DNA of 64,000 nucleotides from Acidimicrobiia bacterium (GCA_022821685.1 JAJEDD010000041.1:41486-105485), one strand, 5' to 3'. Shown: positions 1-11,531, numbered from the stretch's first letter. The notes: generated by a model from the sequence alone, not told the origin. Program-made: numbers and translations.

Positions 1-140
1 CTCACAAGGCGCCAGGCAGCAGATATTGTGGGAGCACCTCTCAACACTGCCGACGACACAACATTCCTATCGGACCGCCAACGGCAACTTGAGGCTCCGC
101 AAGGCGTTCGGAGATGCTACGGGATGGCACTTGCGAACTG

Positions 141-518
141 TCATCGTGCTGAGACCGAAGCGAATCGAGGGGCACCGCTTGACTGGGTGGACTCGGAGGC
201 GGGGACTTCGATCTCGACGAACTCGAATCTTGTCGCGACCGTGGGCGGCAAGTCGTAGAGTTCAAGCCACGGCTTTATAGTGTCGTCTGCAGTTTCTTCA
301 ACGTGATACGCAATCGCCTCGAGGATTGACATCTTGGGCTCCGGCAGTGGGTCGCCGTCCTCCAAGACGCCCTCAAGATGGAACGTAAGGGCTTCATCGA
401 TCATCTCAAGCATCTCCTCCCAGGTATCGCCCACGCTTACGCACCCCGGCACGTCTGGCACGTAAGCACCCCAACCGTTGACGTCCAAGATGAACACGAC
501 CGTGTACGTCAGGTTCAC
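141..518 (-). CDS. hicB: HicB-family antitoxin (type II TA), copy 1
   Basis: 125-aa ORF with a HicB-like N-terminus (YTVVF..GWGAYVPDVPGCVSVGDTWEEMLEMIDEAL..HLE..GDPLPEP). Clearly paralogous to 551..916. Confidence 0.8.
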   Translation of the reverse strand: MNLTYTVVFILDVNGWGAYVPDVPGCVSVGDTWEEMLEMIDEALTFHLEGVLEDGDPLPEPKMSILEAIAYHVEETADDTIKPWLELYDLPPTVATRFEFVEIEVPASESTQSSGAPRFASVSAR

Positions 519-550
519 GGGACACGCCTCTCCTCATCCTCAAGACAGGC

Positions 551-916
551 TCAGCCTGCCTGGACTGCTTCGAGGACCGCTGGCGAGGCCTCAGGGACGC
601 TGATCTCGATCTCGACAGGTTCGAATCGTGTGGCGAGGGTGGGCGGGAAGTCGTAGGACTCACGCCACGGCTCCATGGAGTCGTCCGACATCGCTTCAAG
701 GTGATATGCGATCGCCTCGTCGATTGACATCTTGGGCTCCGGCAGTGGGTCGCCGTCCTCTAGCGTGAGTTCGATGTGGCCGGTCAGAGCCTCCCGGATC
801 ATCACGAGCATCTCCTCCCAAGTGTCGCCGACGCTCACGCACCCGAGTACGTCCGGCGTGTACGCGGCCCAGTTGTTGGGCGTCCTCTCGAAGACGGCCA
901 CATAAGTCAGCTTCAT
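551..916 (-). CDS. hicB: HicB-family antitoxin (type II TA), copy 2
   Basis: 121-aa ORF (YVAVFE..NWAAYTPDVLGCVSVGDTWEEMLVMIREAL..GDPLPEP). It starts 25 nt downstream of the hicA remnant stop, the classic hicA-hicB order. Confidence 0.8.
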   Translation of the reverse strand: MKLTYVAVFERTPNNWAAYTPDVLGCVSVGDTWEEMLVMIREALTGHIELTLEDGDPLPEPKMSIDEAIAYHLEAMSDDSMEPWRESYDFPPTLATRFEPVEIEISVPEASPAVLEAVQAG

Positions 917-940
917 GGGATGACGCTCCTCGTGTCGCTC

Positions 941-1133
941 CTACTTCAAGCCTGCCTGCCGAAGAATACTCTGCCAGGTTGACTCGGGAAGATCCTTGCC
1001 AAGCTTGCCCGGGATCGTCACCTTCCCAGGCTTCGTTGGATGGAGGGAAATGACGGTGGCTGCCCTTCGTCCGCACGCGATACCAGCCGTCGCGCTCGAC
1101 GACTTTGATCGCCTCTCTAGCCGTCGGGGGCAT
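941..1133 (-). pseudogene. hicA: HicA-family mRNA interferase toxin, disrupted by a 1-nt frameshift
   Basis: The N-terminus MPPTAREAIKVVERDGWYRVRTKGSHRHF is in the frame starting at 1133. The conserved C-terminus HPTKPGKVTIPGKLGKDLPESTWQSILRQAGLK* is in the next frame and stops at 941..943. The span is 193 nt (3n+1). The shift lies near the tttccctcc run at about 1040-1052. Confidence 0.75.
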
Positions 1134-1941
1134 AGCCCAACCCTGCCAGCAGTTCGTTCATATGGGCAGCAGCTTCATCCCGCTTGCGCTCGGCCTCGCG
1201 GAGTTGTGTGAGCGCGTCCTCGACGCTCATGACCTCGACCGGCTCGGTGGTGTCTACGTAGCGGCTGATGTTCAGGTTGTGATCGTTGGCCTCGACCTCA
1301 TCCAGATCGGCCACATGCGCGAAGCGCTCGGCCTCCTCGTATGAGCGGAACGCCTCAACGATGCTCGCTACGTGAGCGGGATCGAGGAAGTTCTGCGCCT
1401 TGCCGGAACGGAAGTAGTCGGGCTGGGCGGCATCAATGAACAGCACCTTGCCGCGGCGCTCGGCCGGCTTGGCCTTGTTGAACACGCAGATCGCCACCGG
1501 GATGCTGGCCCCGTAGAAGAGGTTGGGGGCCAGCCCGATCACCGCCTCGAACAGGTCGGCCTCCAATATCCCCTTGCGGATCGTCCCCTCTGCCCCGCCA
1601 CGGAACAAGACGCCGTCGAGCCGGGGTGCATTGGCCTCCTCGATCTCGGCGCTGGCACGGTTGAGGACCTCTCCAAGGTTCATCGACTGGCGGATGATCT
1701 CGCTCCAGCGGGCCTCGGGCGGAACGAAGAACTCGTGCTCGTCATGGTCTTGTTCGGCCACCCCGCGGTCGAGGCCGTCACGGACGGCGCTGTCCACCTC
1801 CTCGTCGAAGCGGTCTGAGAGCCGCTTCAGGAACAGCACCGAGAAGATGAAGTTCTTGTAGTCGCTGGAGTCGATCTGGCCGCGCAGGATGTCGGCGGCG
1901 CCCCACAGCTTCGACTCCAACTCGGTGATGGTGAGAGGCAC
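1117..1941 (-). pseudogene. hsdM: Type I R-M HsdM methyltransferase remnant with an in-frame internal deletion of the catalytic core
   Basis: An HsdM_N-like N-terminus (ELESKLWGAADILRGQIDSSDYKNFIFSVLFLKRLSD) is joined directly to the HsdM C-terminal region (GVLFRGGAEGTIRKGILEADLFEAVIGLAPNLFYGASIPVAICVFNK...NLNISRYV). There is no FxGxG SAM motif and no NPPF/NPPY motif. It is 274 aa against about 500+ aa expected. GTG start with a GGAAGGAG ribosome-binding site (RBS). Confidence 0.7.
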
Positions 1942-2068
1942 AGTTAGCTCCTTCCGCGACGTGCCGCCGCGATATCGGCAATGACCGACTCCGGCAACGA
2001 CATCATGCCTGGCGCTGCTTCAAGAACTCCAAGACGGTCCAACCCTACGTGCGTAGGTTGCTGGCTGG

Positions 2069-4222
<2,154 letters not shown>

Positions 4223-4227
4223 AGGCT

Positions 4228-4320
4228 ACGTCGCGGGGCCGGGAACTGGAGCCTTGCTCATCTTCAATCCACAGGCTTGCCCGCATGGGCCGGATTCTCT
4301 TGGCTATTCGCTCGGCCTGT
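4228..4320 (+). repeat. Partial, diverged copy of the MITE-like intergenic repeat (right part with TIR)
   Basis: ...ccacaggcttgcccgcatgggccggattctcttggctattcgctcggcctgt aligns with the right half of the 15179..15315 copy. The TIR supplies the ALDH stop codon (..RPSE*). Confidence 0.6.
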
Positions 4321-5779
4321 CGGTGGTGTGGTCAGCGACAATCAGGGTCTTCAGGTCGCTGTGGAAATCCAGGGCGTGGTTTCCGCCCTCTCGGCCTATT
4401 CCGGAGAGGCCGCAGCCGCCGAAGGGGGCGGCCAGGTCGCGCACCAGGAAGGTGTTGGTCCACACGATCCCGGCCTGTACCGCTCGGCCCACCCGCTCGG
4501 CTCGCGCCGCCGATCCTGTGTAGACGATGGCCGACAGGCCGTAGCGGGTGGAGTTGGCCAACTCGACCGCCGCGGCCTCGGAGGTGAACGCCTGGATGGT
4601 GAGCACCGGGCCAAAAACCTCGCACTGGACGATCTCGGAGTGGTTGGACGCGGGCTCGATCAGGGTGGGCTCATAGTGGAGGGAGCCCCGGCGGCGCCGG
4701 CCGCCCCACACCACCGTGTCGCCCGCGGCTCGGGCCCGATCCACGAAACCCTCGACTCGGGCCAGATGGTCGGGGTGGACCATCGGGGCGACGGTGGTGG
4801 CGTCGTCGCGGCTGTCGCCCAGCACATGGGCCTCGGTGCGAACCCGCAGGGCATCGGTGAACTCGGTGCGGATCTCTGACTCCACCAGCAGGCGAGTGCC
4901 GGCCAGGCACACCTGGCCCGAGTCCTCGTACTGGGCCGCGGCCTGATCGGCGGCGGCTTCGAGGTCGCAGTCGGCGAACACGATGAGCGGACCCTTGCCG
5001 CCCAACTCCGCGGTGAACGGCACGATGTTGGCCGCCGCAGCCGCGCCGATGACCCGGGCCGTCTCCGGTGAGCCGGTGAAGCTGATGCGCCGCACCCGCG
5101 GGTCGGCGGTGAGGGCCGCCCCGACCTCGGCGCCGATGCCCTGAACCAGGTTGAAGGCGCCGGGGGGCAGTCCGGCCTCCACCGTGAGATCGGCCAGCAG
5201 CGATGCCGACAACGGCGACCACTCGGCCGGCTTGAGCACCACGCTGTTGCCCGCGGCCAGCGCGGGAGCCACCTTCCAGGTGGCCAGCATGAACGGTGCG
5301 TTCCACGGCGTGATCACCACCGCGGGGCCGGCCGGCATGCGCTGCACGGTGTGGGCGGTGCCCCGGGCCGGCCATCGGGGCTCGTCATGGGCCTCGGCCA
5401 TGTCCGCATAGAAGCGGAAGTTGAGCGCGCCCCTGGCCACCAGCCGCTCACGCATGGAGCGATGCAGGAAGCCCATGTCGAGGGTCTCGACTAGGGCGAT
5501 ATCGTCGTTGCGAGCCTCGATCAGATCGGCTACCCGGCGCAGCGCAGCAGCCCGCTCGCCCACCGGCATCCCGCCCCACTGGCGGAAACCGTCGACGGCC
5601 GCCTCCACCGCCCGCTCAGCGGTGGCCGCGTCGCCGCGGGCCACATCGGCCAGCTTGTGTTGCCAGTCCAGCGGCGAACGGCACTCGAAACTGCCCGGCG
5701 AAGAGACCCGCCGACCACCGATCAGGTGGTCAACACTGACCCCAACCCCGCCAACATCAACCCGGTCCGACTCAGTCAT
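4304..5779 (-). CDS. NAD(P)+-dependent aldehyde dehydrogenase (HpaE/2-hydroxymuconic-semialdehyde dehydrogenase-like)
   Basis: ALDH motifs ELGGKGP and GQVCLAGTRLLV (catalytic Cys). The start is set at the ATG at 5779 (MTESDRVDV...). The 104-aa upstream extension in the track is Pro/Arg-rich and overlaps a repeat element. Confidence 0.85.
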   Translation of the reverse strand: MTESDRVDVGGVGVSVDHLIGGRRVSSPGSFECRSPLDWQHKLADVARGDAATAERAVEAAVDGFRQWGGMPVGERAAALRRVADLIEARNDDIALVETLDMGFLHRSMRERLVARGALNFRFYADMAEAHDEPRWPARGTAHTVQRMPAGPAVVITPWNAPFMLATWKVAPALAAGNSVVLKPAEWSPLSASLLADLTVEAGLPPGAFNLVQGIGAEVGAALTADPRVRRISFTGSPETARVIGAAAAANIVPFTAELGGKGPLIVFADCDLEAAADQAAAQYEDSGQVCLAGTRLLVESEIRTEFTDALRVRTEAHVLGDSRDDATTVAPMVHPDHLARVEGFVDRARAAGDTVVWGGRRRRGSLHYEPTLIEPASNHSEIVQCEVFGPVLTIQAFTSEAAAVELANSTRYGLSAIVYTGSAARAERVGRAVQAGIVWTNTFLVRDLAAPFGGCGLSGIGREGGNHALDFHSDLKTLIVADHTTDRPSE

Positions 5780-5791
5780 CGCCGCCCTCAA

Positions 5792-5879
5792 CTGGCCCGA
5801 GCAACCCGTGAGCAGCGAACAAGAGCGGGAATGACCCAACTGCGCCGCGACGGACTCTCGCCAATGTTGCGTTCGCTCT
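5792..5879 (-). repeat. Partial copy of the MITE-like intergenic repeat
   Basis: ctggcccgagcaacccgtgagcagcgaacaagagcgggaatgacc...gttcgctct aligns with the inner and right part of the 6812..6963 copy. Confidence 0.6.
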
Positions 5880-5903
5880 TCGACGGTGACCCGCCGCGTG
5901 GCC

Positions 5904-6794
5904 TCACTCGTCGTCCTTGTCCAGGGTTGACTGGTAGTGGCGGGCGCCGGGGCCTCTGGGGGCTCGCTTGCCTCGGTGCTCCCAGTCGCCGCCCATGGCG
6001 GTGGACACGACCTCCTCGCTGTCCGACGGCTGGGCGCCGACGTCGGAGCGCACCGGCTCGGGCCCGGCCACGATGGTGTTGGTGAGGGCACCCAGACCCT
6101 CCACCTCGACCGTCACCACATCGCCGGGCGCCACCGGCCGGGATCCGGCCGGAGTGCCCGACAGCACCAGGTCGCCGGGCACCAGGGTGATGGTGCGAGC
6201 CAGGTCGGCCACCAGGTAGTGCATGTCCCACTCCATCTCGTCGGTGCTGCCGTCTTGGCGGACCTCGCCGTTGACCAGGGTGCGTATCTGCTTGCCGGCG
6301 AAGTCCCAGCCGGTCACCAGCGCCGGTCCGACTGGGCACAGGGTGTCGCTGCCCTTGACCCGCAGCATCGAGCCCGCGTCGGTGTCTCGGAAGTCGTGCA
6401 GGCCGTAGTCGTTGGCCACCGTGTAGCCCGCGATGTAGTGGCCCGCGTCGGCGGGCGCCACGTTGCGGCAGGTGCGACCAATGACGATGCCGATCTCGCC
6501 CTCATAGTTCAGCCACCGGCACGGCTCGGGCCGCACCACGTCGGCGCCGTGGGTGCTCAGCGCGGTGATCGGCTTGTGGAAGTAGGTCGGGGCGGGCGGC
6601 AGCCTGGTCATGAACTCGGCCACCCGGCTGGCGTAGTTGAGGTGGACGCAGATGATCTTGGTCGGCTCGCACGGCGGCAGGTGCACCGCATCAGCCGCGG
6701 CCACCCGCCGCCCGTCTCGGGCCACCAACTCGTCGCCGTCGCGACGGGTCAGCACCGGATACCCGTCCAGCAGAATGCGCCGATACTCGGTCAC
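5904..6794 (-). CDS. Fumarylacetoacetate hydrolase (FAH) family protein (HpaG/2-keto-4-pentenoate hydratase-like)
   Basis: FAH-family core (KIICVHLNYASR..YFHKP..LNYEGEIGIVIG..GYTVANDY..GTPAG). The GTG at 6794 is preferred. The track start at 6848 lies inside the repeat element. Confidence 0.8.
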   Translation of the reverse strand: MTEYRRILLDGYPVLTRRDGDELVARDGRRVAAADAVHLPPCEPTKIICVHLNYASRVAEFMTRLPPAPTYFHKPITALSTHGADVVRPEPCRWLNYEGEIGIVIGRTCRNVAPADAGHYIAGYTVANDYGLHDFRDTDAGSMLRVKGSDTLCPVGPALVTGWDFAGKQIRTLVNGEVRQDGSTDEMEWDMHYLVADLARTITLVPGDLVLSGTPAGSRPVAPGDVVTVEVEGLGALTNTIVAGPEPVRSDVGAQPSDSEEVVSTAMGGDWEHRGKRAPRGPGARHYQSTLDKDDE

Positions 6795-6811
6795 GGCTGT
6801 TGCGGGCTCCC

Positions 6812-6963
6812 GGAGGCCGAGCGAATAGGCGCTGGATCCAGCCGACACGGGCGAGGCCGTGGGCTGTGCTGTCGGGGTTTGGGCGGCCCGTGAGCGCAGC
6901 GAACAAGAGCGAGCATGACACCGCTGCGACCCGACTGGCCCCGCACCTATCTGCGCTCGCTCT
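6812..6963 (-). mobile_element. MITE-like TIR-bounded intergenic repeat, full copy
   Basis: It starts ggaggccgagcgaatagg and ends cacctatctgcgctcgctct (imperfect terminal inverted repeats). The interior is the reverse complement of the 15179..15315 copy. Confidence 0.75.
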
Positions 6964-7675
6964 GGGAGTCTCGGGCTGCTCCCACGAAGGTGTCGAAGAG
7001 GTCGTCGCGCCCGAGCAGGTCTGAGGCGGCGCCCTCGGCTGCGATCTCGCCGGTCCTCAGCACGTAGGCGCGGTCGGCCACCTCCAGCAGCCGGGTGGCG
7101 TTCTGCTCCACCACCAGCATGGTGCGCCCCTCAGCCCGCAGCCGGCCCACCAGTTCGAACACGAAGTCGACCAGCACCGGCGCCAGACCCAGCGACGGCT
7201 CGTCCATCAATAGGATGCGAGGATTGCTCATGAGGGCCCGGGCGATGGCGAGCTGCTGGGCCTCGCCTCCCGACAGCAGGCCGGCCGCGGTGGACCACTT
7301 GTCCTTGAGCACGGGGAACAGCTCCACCATCTCGTCGAGACGCTCGGCCCGCTCGTCGGCCGGAACGGTTACGCCCCCCACCCGCAGATTCTCGACCACC
7401 GTCATCTCGGCGAACAGCCTGCGCCGCTCCGGCACGAGAGACAGTCCCGCCTTGAGTATCCGATCGGGGCTGTGGCCGGTCACGGGCCTGCCTTCGAGGC
7501 GCACCTCCCCCTCGGCGGGGCGCAACAGCCCCGCCACGGTGTTGAGCAGGGTTGTCTTGCCCGCGCCGTTGGGTCCGATGAGCCCGACGATCTCGTTCGC
7601 CCCGACGTGCAAGCTCACCCGGCGCACAGCCGAGATCGATCCGTAGCGGGTGGTGATCCCGGACACCTCAAGCAT
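6947..7675 (-). CDS. ABC transporter ATP-binding protein, LivF-like (branched-chain amino acid type)
   Basis: Walker A GPNGAGKTT, signature LSGGEAQQLAIARAL, Walker B LLMDEPSLGLAP. No cognate permease, binding-protein or LivG gene is adjacent. Confidence 0.85.
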   Translation of the reverse strand: MLEVSGITTRYGSISAVRRVSLHVGANEIVGLIGPNGAGKTTLLNTVAGLLRPAEGEVRLEGRPVTGHSPDRILKAGLSLVPERRRLFAEMTVVENLRVGGVTVPADERAERLDEMVELFPVLKDKWSTAAGLLSGGEAQQLAIARALMSNPRILLMDEPSLGLAPVLVDFVFELVGRLRAEGRTMLVVEQNATRLLEVADRAYVLRTGEIAAEGAASDLLGRDDLFDTFVGAARDSQSERR

Positions 7676-7770
7676 CGCGGCACCCTACCCCAGCCTCCCG
7701 CAGGACAGGCTGCTGGCACGACGGTCTAGCCTGCGGTCGGTTCGGTAGCGAACGAATCGAGATAACGGCA

Positions 7771-8334
7771 ATGAACCACCAGGCCGACCCGAGTGACAAC
7801 GCCGCACCAAGAGACGCTCGGGAGCGATCCGCGCCTGCTCCCCGCCTGCTCGACGCCGAGCGCCTCATCGAGGAACGCCTCGGCGATCGGCCGCTCGACT
7901 TCGACTCGATGCTGGCCGTGTCGAACATCTACCGGGCCGCGACCGCGGTGCGCCGCCGGGCCGAGCAGGGCGTGCTGTCGGAACTCGGCCTCTCCTGGGG
8001 CGGCTTCACCACGCTGTGGGTGCTGTGGGTGTGGGGGCAGATGCAGACCGCGGACCTGGCCGACGAGTGCGACCTGTCCAAGGGAACCCTCACCGGCGTG
8101 GTCAAGACGCTGGAGAAGCGAGGCTTCGTGGAGCGCCGCCCGGTGGAGGCCGACCGCCGGCGGGTGACCGTGGCCCTCACCGACGCGGGCGTCGCAACCA
8201 TCGAGAAGCTCTTTCCCCGCTTCAACCGCTACGAGGGTCAGATGGTGAGCGCACTCACAACCGCCGAGAAGCAGGAGCTGGCCGAGTTGTTGCGCCGGGT
8301 GATCGTCACCGCGGCCAAGAGGCCGAGCGAATAG
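7771..8334 (+). CDS. MarR-family transcriptional regulator
   Basis: Winged-HTH MarR core (TADLADECDLSKGTLTGVVKTLEKRGFVERRPVEADRRRVTVALTDAG). Confidence 0.85.
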   Translation: MNHQADPSDNAAPRDARERSAPAPRLLDAERLIEERLGDRPLDFDSMLAVSNIYRAATAVRRRAEQGVLSELGLSWGGFTTLWVLWVWGQMQTADLADECDLSKGTLTGVVKTLEKRGFVERRPVEADRRRVTVALTDAGVATIEKLFPRFNRYEGQMVSALTTAEKQELAELLRRVIVTAAKRPSE

Positions 8335-8336
8335 GC
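8318..8336 (-). repeat. Solo TIR of the MITE-like repeat
   Basis: agaggccgagcgaatagg. It provides the MarR C-terminus ..RPSE*. Confidence 0.5.
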
Positions 8337-8388
8337 GGACAGCGGCTTGACGGTTGATCGTTCGGGGCCAAACGAATAGGGTCTCGGC

Positions 8389-9207
8389 GTGGTTGAGCTT
8401 CAGGGGTTCATGTATCCGAGGACGCCGACCGGGTCCGCGGGCATCGTGCCGCCGCCGCCGTGGCACTACTCCGGCGACATGCTCACGGTGGAGTACCGCA
8501 CCGATCCCGACCGGGTGGCCGAGCTGCTGCCCGAGCCCCTCGAGCCCGCCGACGACGATCCCGGCGCGGTGGCCATGGTCTGGGCCGAGTGGCAGAGCTG
8601 CGGCGACGACTTCGAGGAGCTGCTCGATCCGGTGCGGGCCCAGTACCGGGAGGTGTTCGCGGTGGTGCGCTGCCAGTTCCGGGGCTCCACCTACAGCCGG
8701 GCGGCCTACATCTGGGTGGACAAGGACTTCGCCATGGCCAGGGGCCACTTCCAGGGCTACCCCAAGAAGCTGGGCGAGATCGCCATGACCAGGCCGGTGA
8801 CGGTGGGGCGGGCCGGGCCGCGCCTGGAGGCGGGGGGCCGCTTCGGCGCCACCCTCAGCACTTGGGGGCGGCGCATCGCCGAGGCCCGGTTCACCATCGG
8901 TGGCACCGCGGAGTCGCCCGGATTCGTCAACAGCCATCCGATGCTGCACAGCCGGCAGATGCCGGCCATGGAGGCCGACGGCCGCGACGCGCTCGACGAA
9001 CTGGTCACCATGCGGGGCTACGACGCCGACCTCGGCCCGGTGTACGCCGGCGACGTTGAGCTGGTGCTGCCCGAGTGCCCCACCGAGGAGCTGCACCGCC
9101 TGCAGCCGGTGGAGATGATCGGCGGCTACTACCGCCAGGTCGGCATATCAATGGCCGCCGGCACCACTCTGTGGGCCGCCCCCAACCCGAGGGCCGCACC
9201 AGCATGA
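8389..9207 (+). CDS. Acetoacetate decarboxylase (ADC/MppR-like) family protein
   Basis: ADC-family features (PPPWHYSGDML.VEY.TDP..V..LLP.PLEP; ..WVDKDFAMARGHFQGYPKK). Confidence 0.7.
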   Translation: MVELQGFMYPRTPTGSAGIVPPPPWHYSGDMLTVEYRTDPDRVAELLPEPLEPADDDPGAVAMVWAEWQSCGDDFEELLDPVRAQYREVFAVVRCQFRGSTYSRAAYIWVDKDFAMARGHFQGYPKKLGEIAMTRPVTVGRAGPRLEAGGRFGATLSTWGRRIAEARFTIGGTAESPGFVNSHPMLHSRQMPAMEADGRDALDELVTMRGYDADLGPVYAGDVELVLPECPTEELHRLQPVEMIGGYYRQVGISMAAGTTLWAAPNPRAAPA

Positions 9208-9294
9208 ACCCTGCCATCTTCGTCGGCGACAACGACGACCACAGGGACGACTCGTGAGCACGGCCACCTGCGTCGACGACCACGGCGACCACCC

Positions 9295-10569
9295 GTGAAC
9301 ACCGCCAGCTACGTCGACGACTACCTGGCCGACCACGGCGACGGCGACGCCGACCTGGCGTCGCACGACTCGTTCACCTCCGGGGTGCCCCACGCCACCT
9401 TCACCCGGCTTCGCCGCCACGACCCGGTGCACTGGACCCCCGAGGCCGACGGCGCCGGATTCTGGTCGATCACCCGCTACCACGACGCCCTGGCCGTGAG
9501 CCGCGACGTGGACACGTTCACCTCCACCAAGGGCATACGCCTCGAGGAGATGGACGACGACGAGCTCGAGGCCCGCCGCACCATGATGGAGCTCGACCCG
9601 CCCGAGCACACCCGGCTGCGGCGCCTGGTGAACCGGGGCTTCACCCGCCGCACCGTCGAGTCCTACGAGGACTCCATCCGGGCCCTGGCCGCCGAGGTGC
9701 TCGACGAGGCCCTCGCCGCCGACGCCTTCGACTTCGTGACCGAGGTGGCGGCCAAGCTGCCCATGCGGATGCTGGGCCGGCTGCTGGGCACCAGCGACGC
9801 TGACGGCCACCAACTGGTCGAGTGGGGCGACGCCTTCCTGGGCAACAGCGATCCCGAGTTCACCACCCACGTCATCGACACGGCCGACACCGAGGAGTTC
9901 CGGCTGATGCCGTTCCGCAGCCCCGCCGCGGCCGAGGTGTTCGAGTACGCCGAGCAGCAGGCCGCAGAGCGCCGGGCCTGCCCCCGCCACGACGTGATCA
10001 CCCAGCTGCTGGCCCCCACCCGCGACGGCGAGCCCCTCAGCGACCTGGAGTTCAAGAACTTCTTCCTGCTGCTCATCGCGGCCGGCAACGACACCACCCG
10101 CTACACGATGACCCACGGGCTGCGCACCATGATGCAGCATCCCGGGCTGTGGCGGGCCTGGCGGGCCGACCCGACCCTCACCGCCACCGCGGTGGAGGAG
10201 ATACTGCGCACCAGCGCGGTGACCATGCACTTCCGCCGCACCGCGGCCCGGCCCGCCACCGTCGGCGGCAAGCGCATCGCCGCGGGCGACAAGGTGGTGA
10301 TCTGGTTCTGCTCGGCCAACCACGACGATGCCGGGTTCCCCCAGCCCTGGCGCTTCGACCTGGCCCGAGACCCCAACGACCACATGGCCTTCGGGCGCAA
10401 CGGACCGCACCTGTGCCTGGGCGCCTGGCTGGCCCGCATGGAGGCCCGGCTGGTGTTCGAGGAGCTGATGAAGCGGGTCGACCGGCTGGAGCCCGACGGC
10501 GAGCCCGACTACCTGCGCTCCAACTTCATCGCCGGCATCAAGCACCTGCCCGTGCGGGTGGTGGCGTGA
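9295..10569 (+). CDS. Cytochrome P450 (CYP125/CYP142-like)
   Basis: Heme loop FGRNGPHLCLGAWLAR, I-helix LLIAAGNDTTR, and LDPPEHTRLRRLV. Confidence 0.9.
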   Translation: MNTASYVDDYLADHGDGDADLASHDSFTSGVPHATFTRLRRHDPVHWTPEADGAGFWSITRYHDALAVSRDVDTFTSTKGIRLEEMDDDELEARRTMMELDPPEHTRLRRLVNRGFTRRTVESYEDSIRALAAEVLDEALAADAFDFVTEVAAKLPMRMLGRLLGTSDADGHQLVEWGDAFLGNSDPEFTTHVIDTADTEEFRLMPFRSPAAAEVFEYAEQQAAERRACPRHDVITQLLAPTRDGEPLSDLEFKNFFLLLIAAGNDTTRYTMTHGLRTMMQHPGLWRAWRADPTLTATAVEEILRTSAVTMHFRRTAARPATVGGKRIAAGDKVVIWFCSANHDDAGFPQPWRFDLARDPNDHMAFGRNGPHLCLGAWLARMEARLVFEELMKRVDRLEPDGEPDYLRSNFIAGIKHLPVRVVA

Positions 10570-10597
10570 TGCGCGGAATCGGGCCGGAGGGCTGCCG

Positions 10598-11458
10598 ATG
10601 GGTTCGATAGTGGGGGCGGCGGTGGTGTCGCACGTTCCGCCGCTGGTGATGCCCGAACAGGAGCGCCGAGCCCTCAACGGCGGCGAGGACACCACCCTGT
10701 TCGCGGGCCTGCACGCGCTGCGGGCCGAGCGGCTGGACCCCGCCGAGGCCGACACCGTGGTGGTGGTCGACACCCACTGGTTCACCACCGTCGAGCATGT
10801 CGTGACCGCCCATGAGCGCCGCCGGGGCCTGTTCACCTCCGACGAGCTGCCCCGGGGCATGTGCGCTGTGCCCTACGACATGCCCGGCGACCCCGAGCTG
10901 GCCCAAGCCTTCCAAGCCGCAGCCGCGGGCCGCAGCGACACCTGGGTCACCGCCACCGACGACCCGCACCTGCCGGTGCACTACCCCACCGTCAACCTGC
11001 TCGGCTTCCTGCAGGGCGACGAGCGCTGGGTGTCGATGGGCGTGTGCCAGACGGCCGAGCCCGCCGACTTCCTGCTGGCCGGCGAGTTGCTGGCCACCGC
11101 CGTGGCCGGCATCGACCGGCGGGTGGTGATCCTGGCCAGCGGCGGTCTCAGCCACCGGTTCTGGCCGCTGCGCCAGTTCCGCCACCACGAGGGCGCCGAC
11201 CCCGACCTGCACATCCGCACCCCCGAGGCCGCCGCCGCCGACCGCCGGGTGCTGGCCTGGATGGCCGCCGGCGACCACGCCGCCATCATCGACTTCCTGC
11301 CTGAGTACTCCCGCCACGCCCCCGAGGGCTACTTCGGCCACTACCTGACCATGGTGGGGGCGCTGGGCGGCCCGTCCTGCACGGCTCGGGGCACCCAGTT
11401 CGGCCAGTACGAGTCGGTGTCGGGCACCGGCCAGGCCCACGTATGGTTCGACCTGTGA
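10598..11458 (+). CDS. Class III extradiol ring-cleavage dioxygenase, LigB family
   Basis: LigB-type N-terminus (GAAVVSHVPPLV...VVVVDTHWF) and a size of about 286 aa. Confidence 0.7.
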   Translation: MGSIVGAAVVSHVPPLVMPEQERRALNGGEDTTLFAGLHALRAERLDPAEADTVVVVDTHWFTTVEHVVTAHERRRGLFTSDELPRGMCAVPYDMPGDPELAQAFQAAAAGRSDTWVTATDDPHLPVHYPTVNLLGFLQGDERWVSMGVCQTAEPADFLLAGELLATAVAGIDRRVVILASGGLSHRFWPLRQFRHHEGADPDLHIRTPEAAAADRRVLAWMAAGDHAAIIDFLPEYSRHAPEGYFGHYLTMVGALGGPSCTARGTQFGQYESVSGTGQAHVWFDL

Positions 11459-11531
11459 GCCGAGTGCCTGTGCGGACGACTCGAGTCCCTCCACCCGTGC
11501 GGGGATCGAGGCCTGAGACGGTGCACACCCT

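Noticed and set aside
1-140. ORFs 26..280, 28..258 and 41..265 at the window edge
   Set aside because: They are short, mutually overlapping, overlap the hicB 3' end, and have no recognisable motifs.
7726-10860. Long minus-strand ORFs 7726..9096 and 9148..10860, antisense to the MarR, ADC and P450 genes
   Set aside because: They are Gly/Arg/Pro/His-rich with no recognisable motifs, while the plus-strand genes carry clear family signatures.
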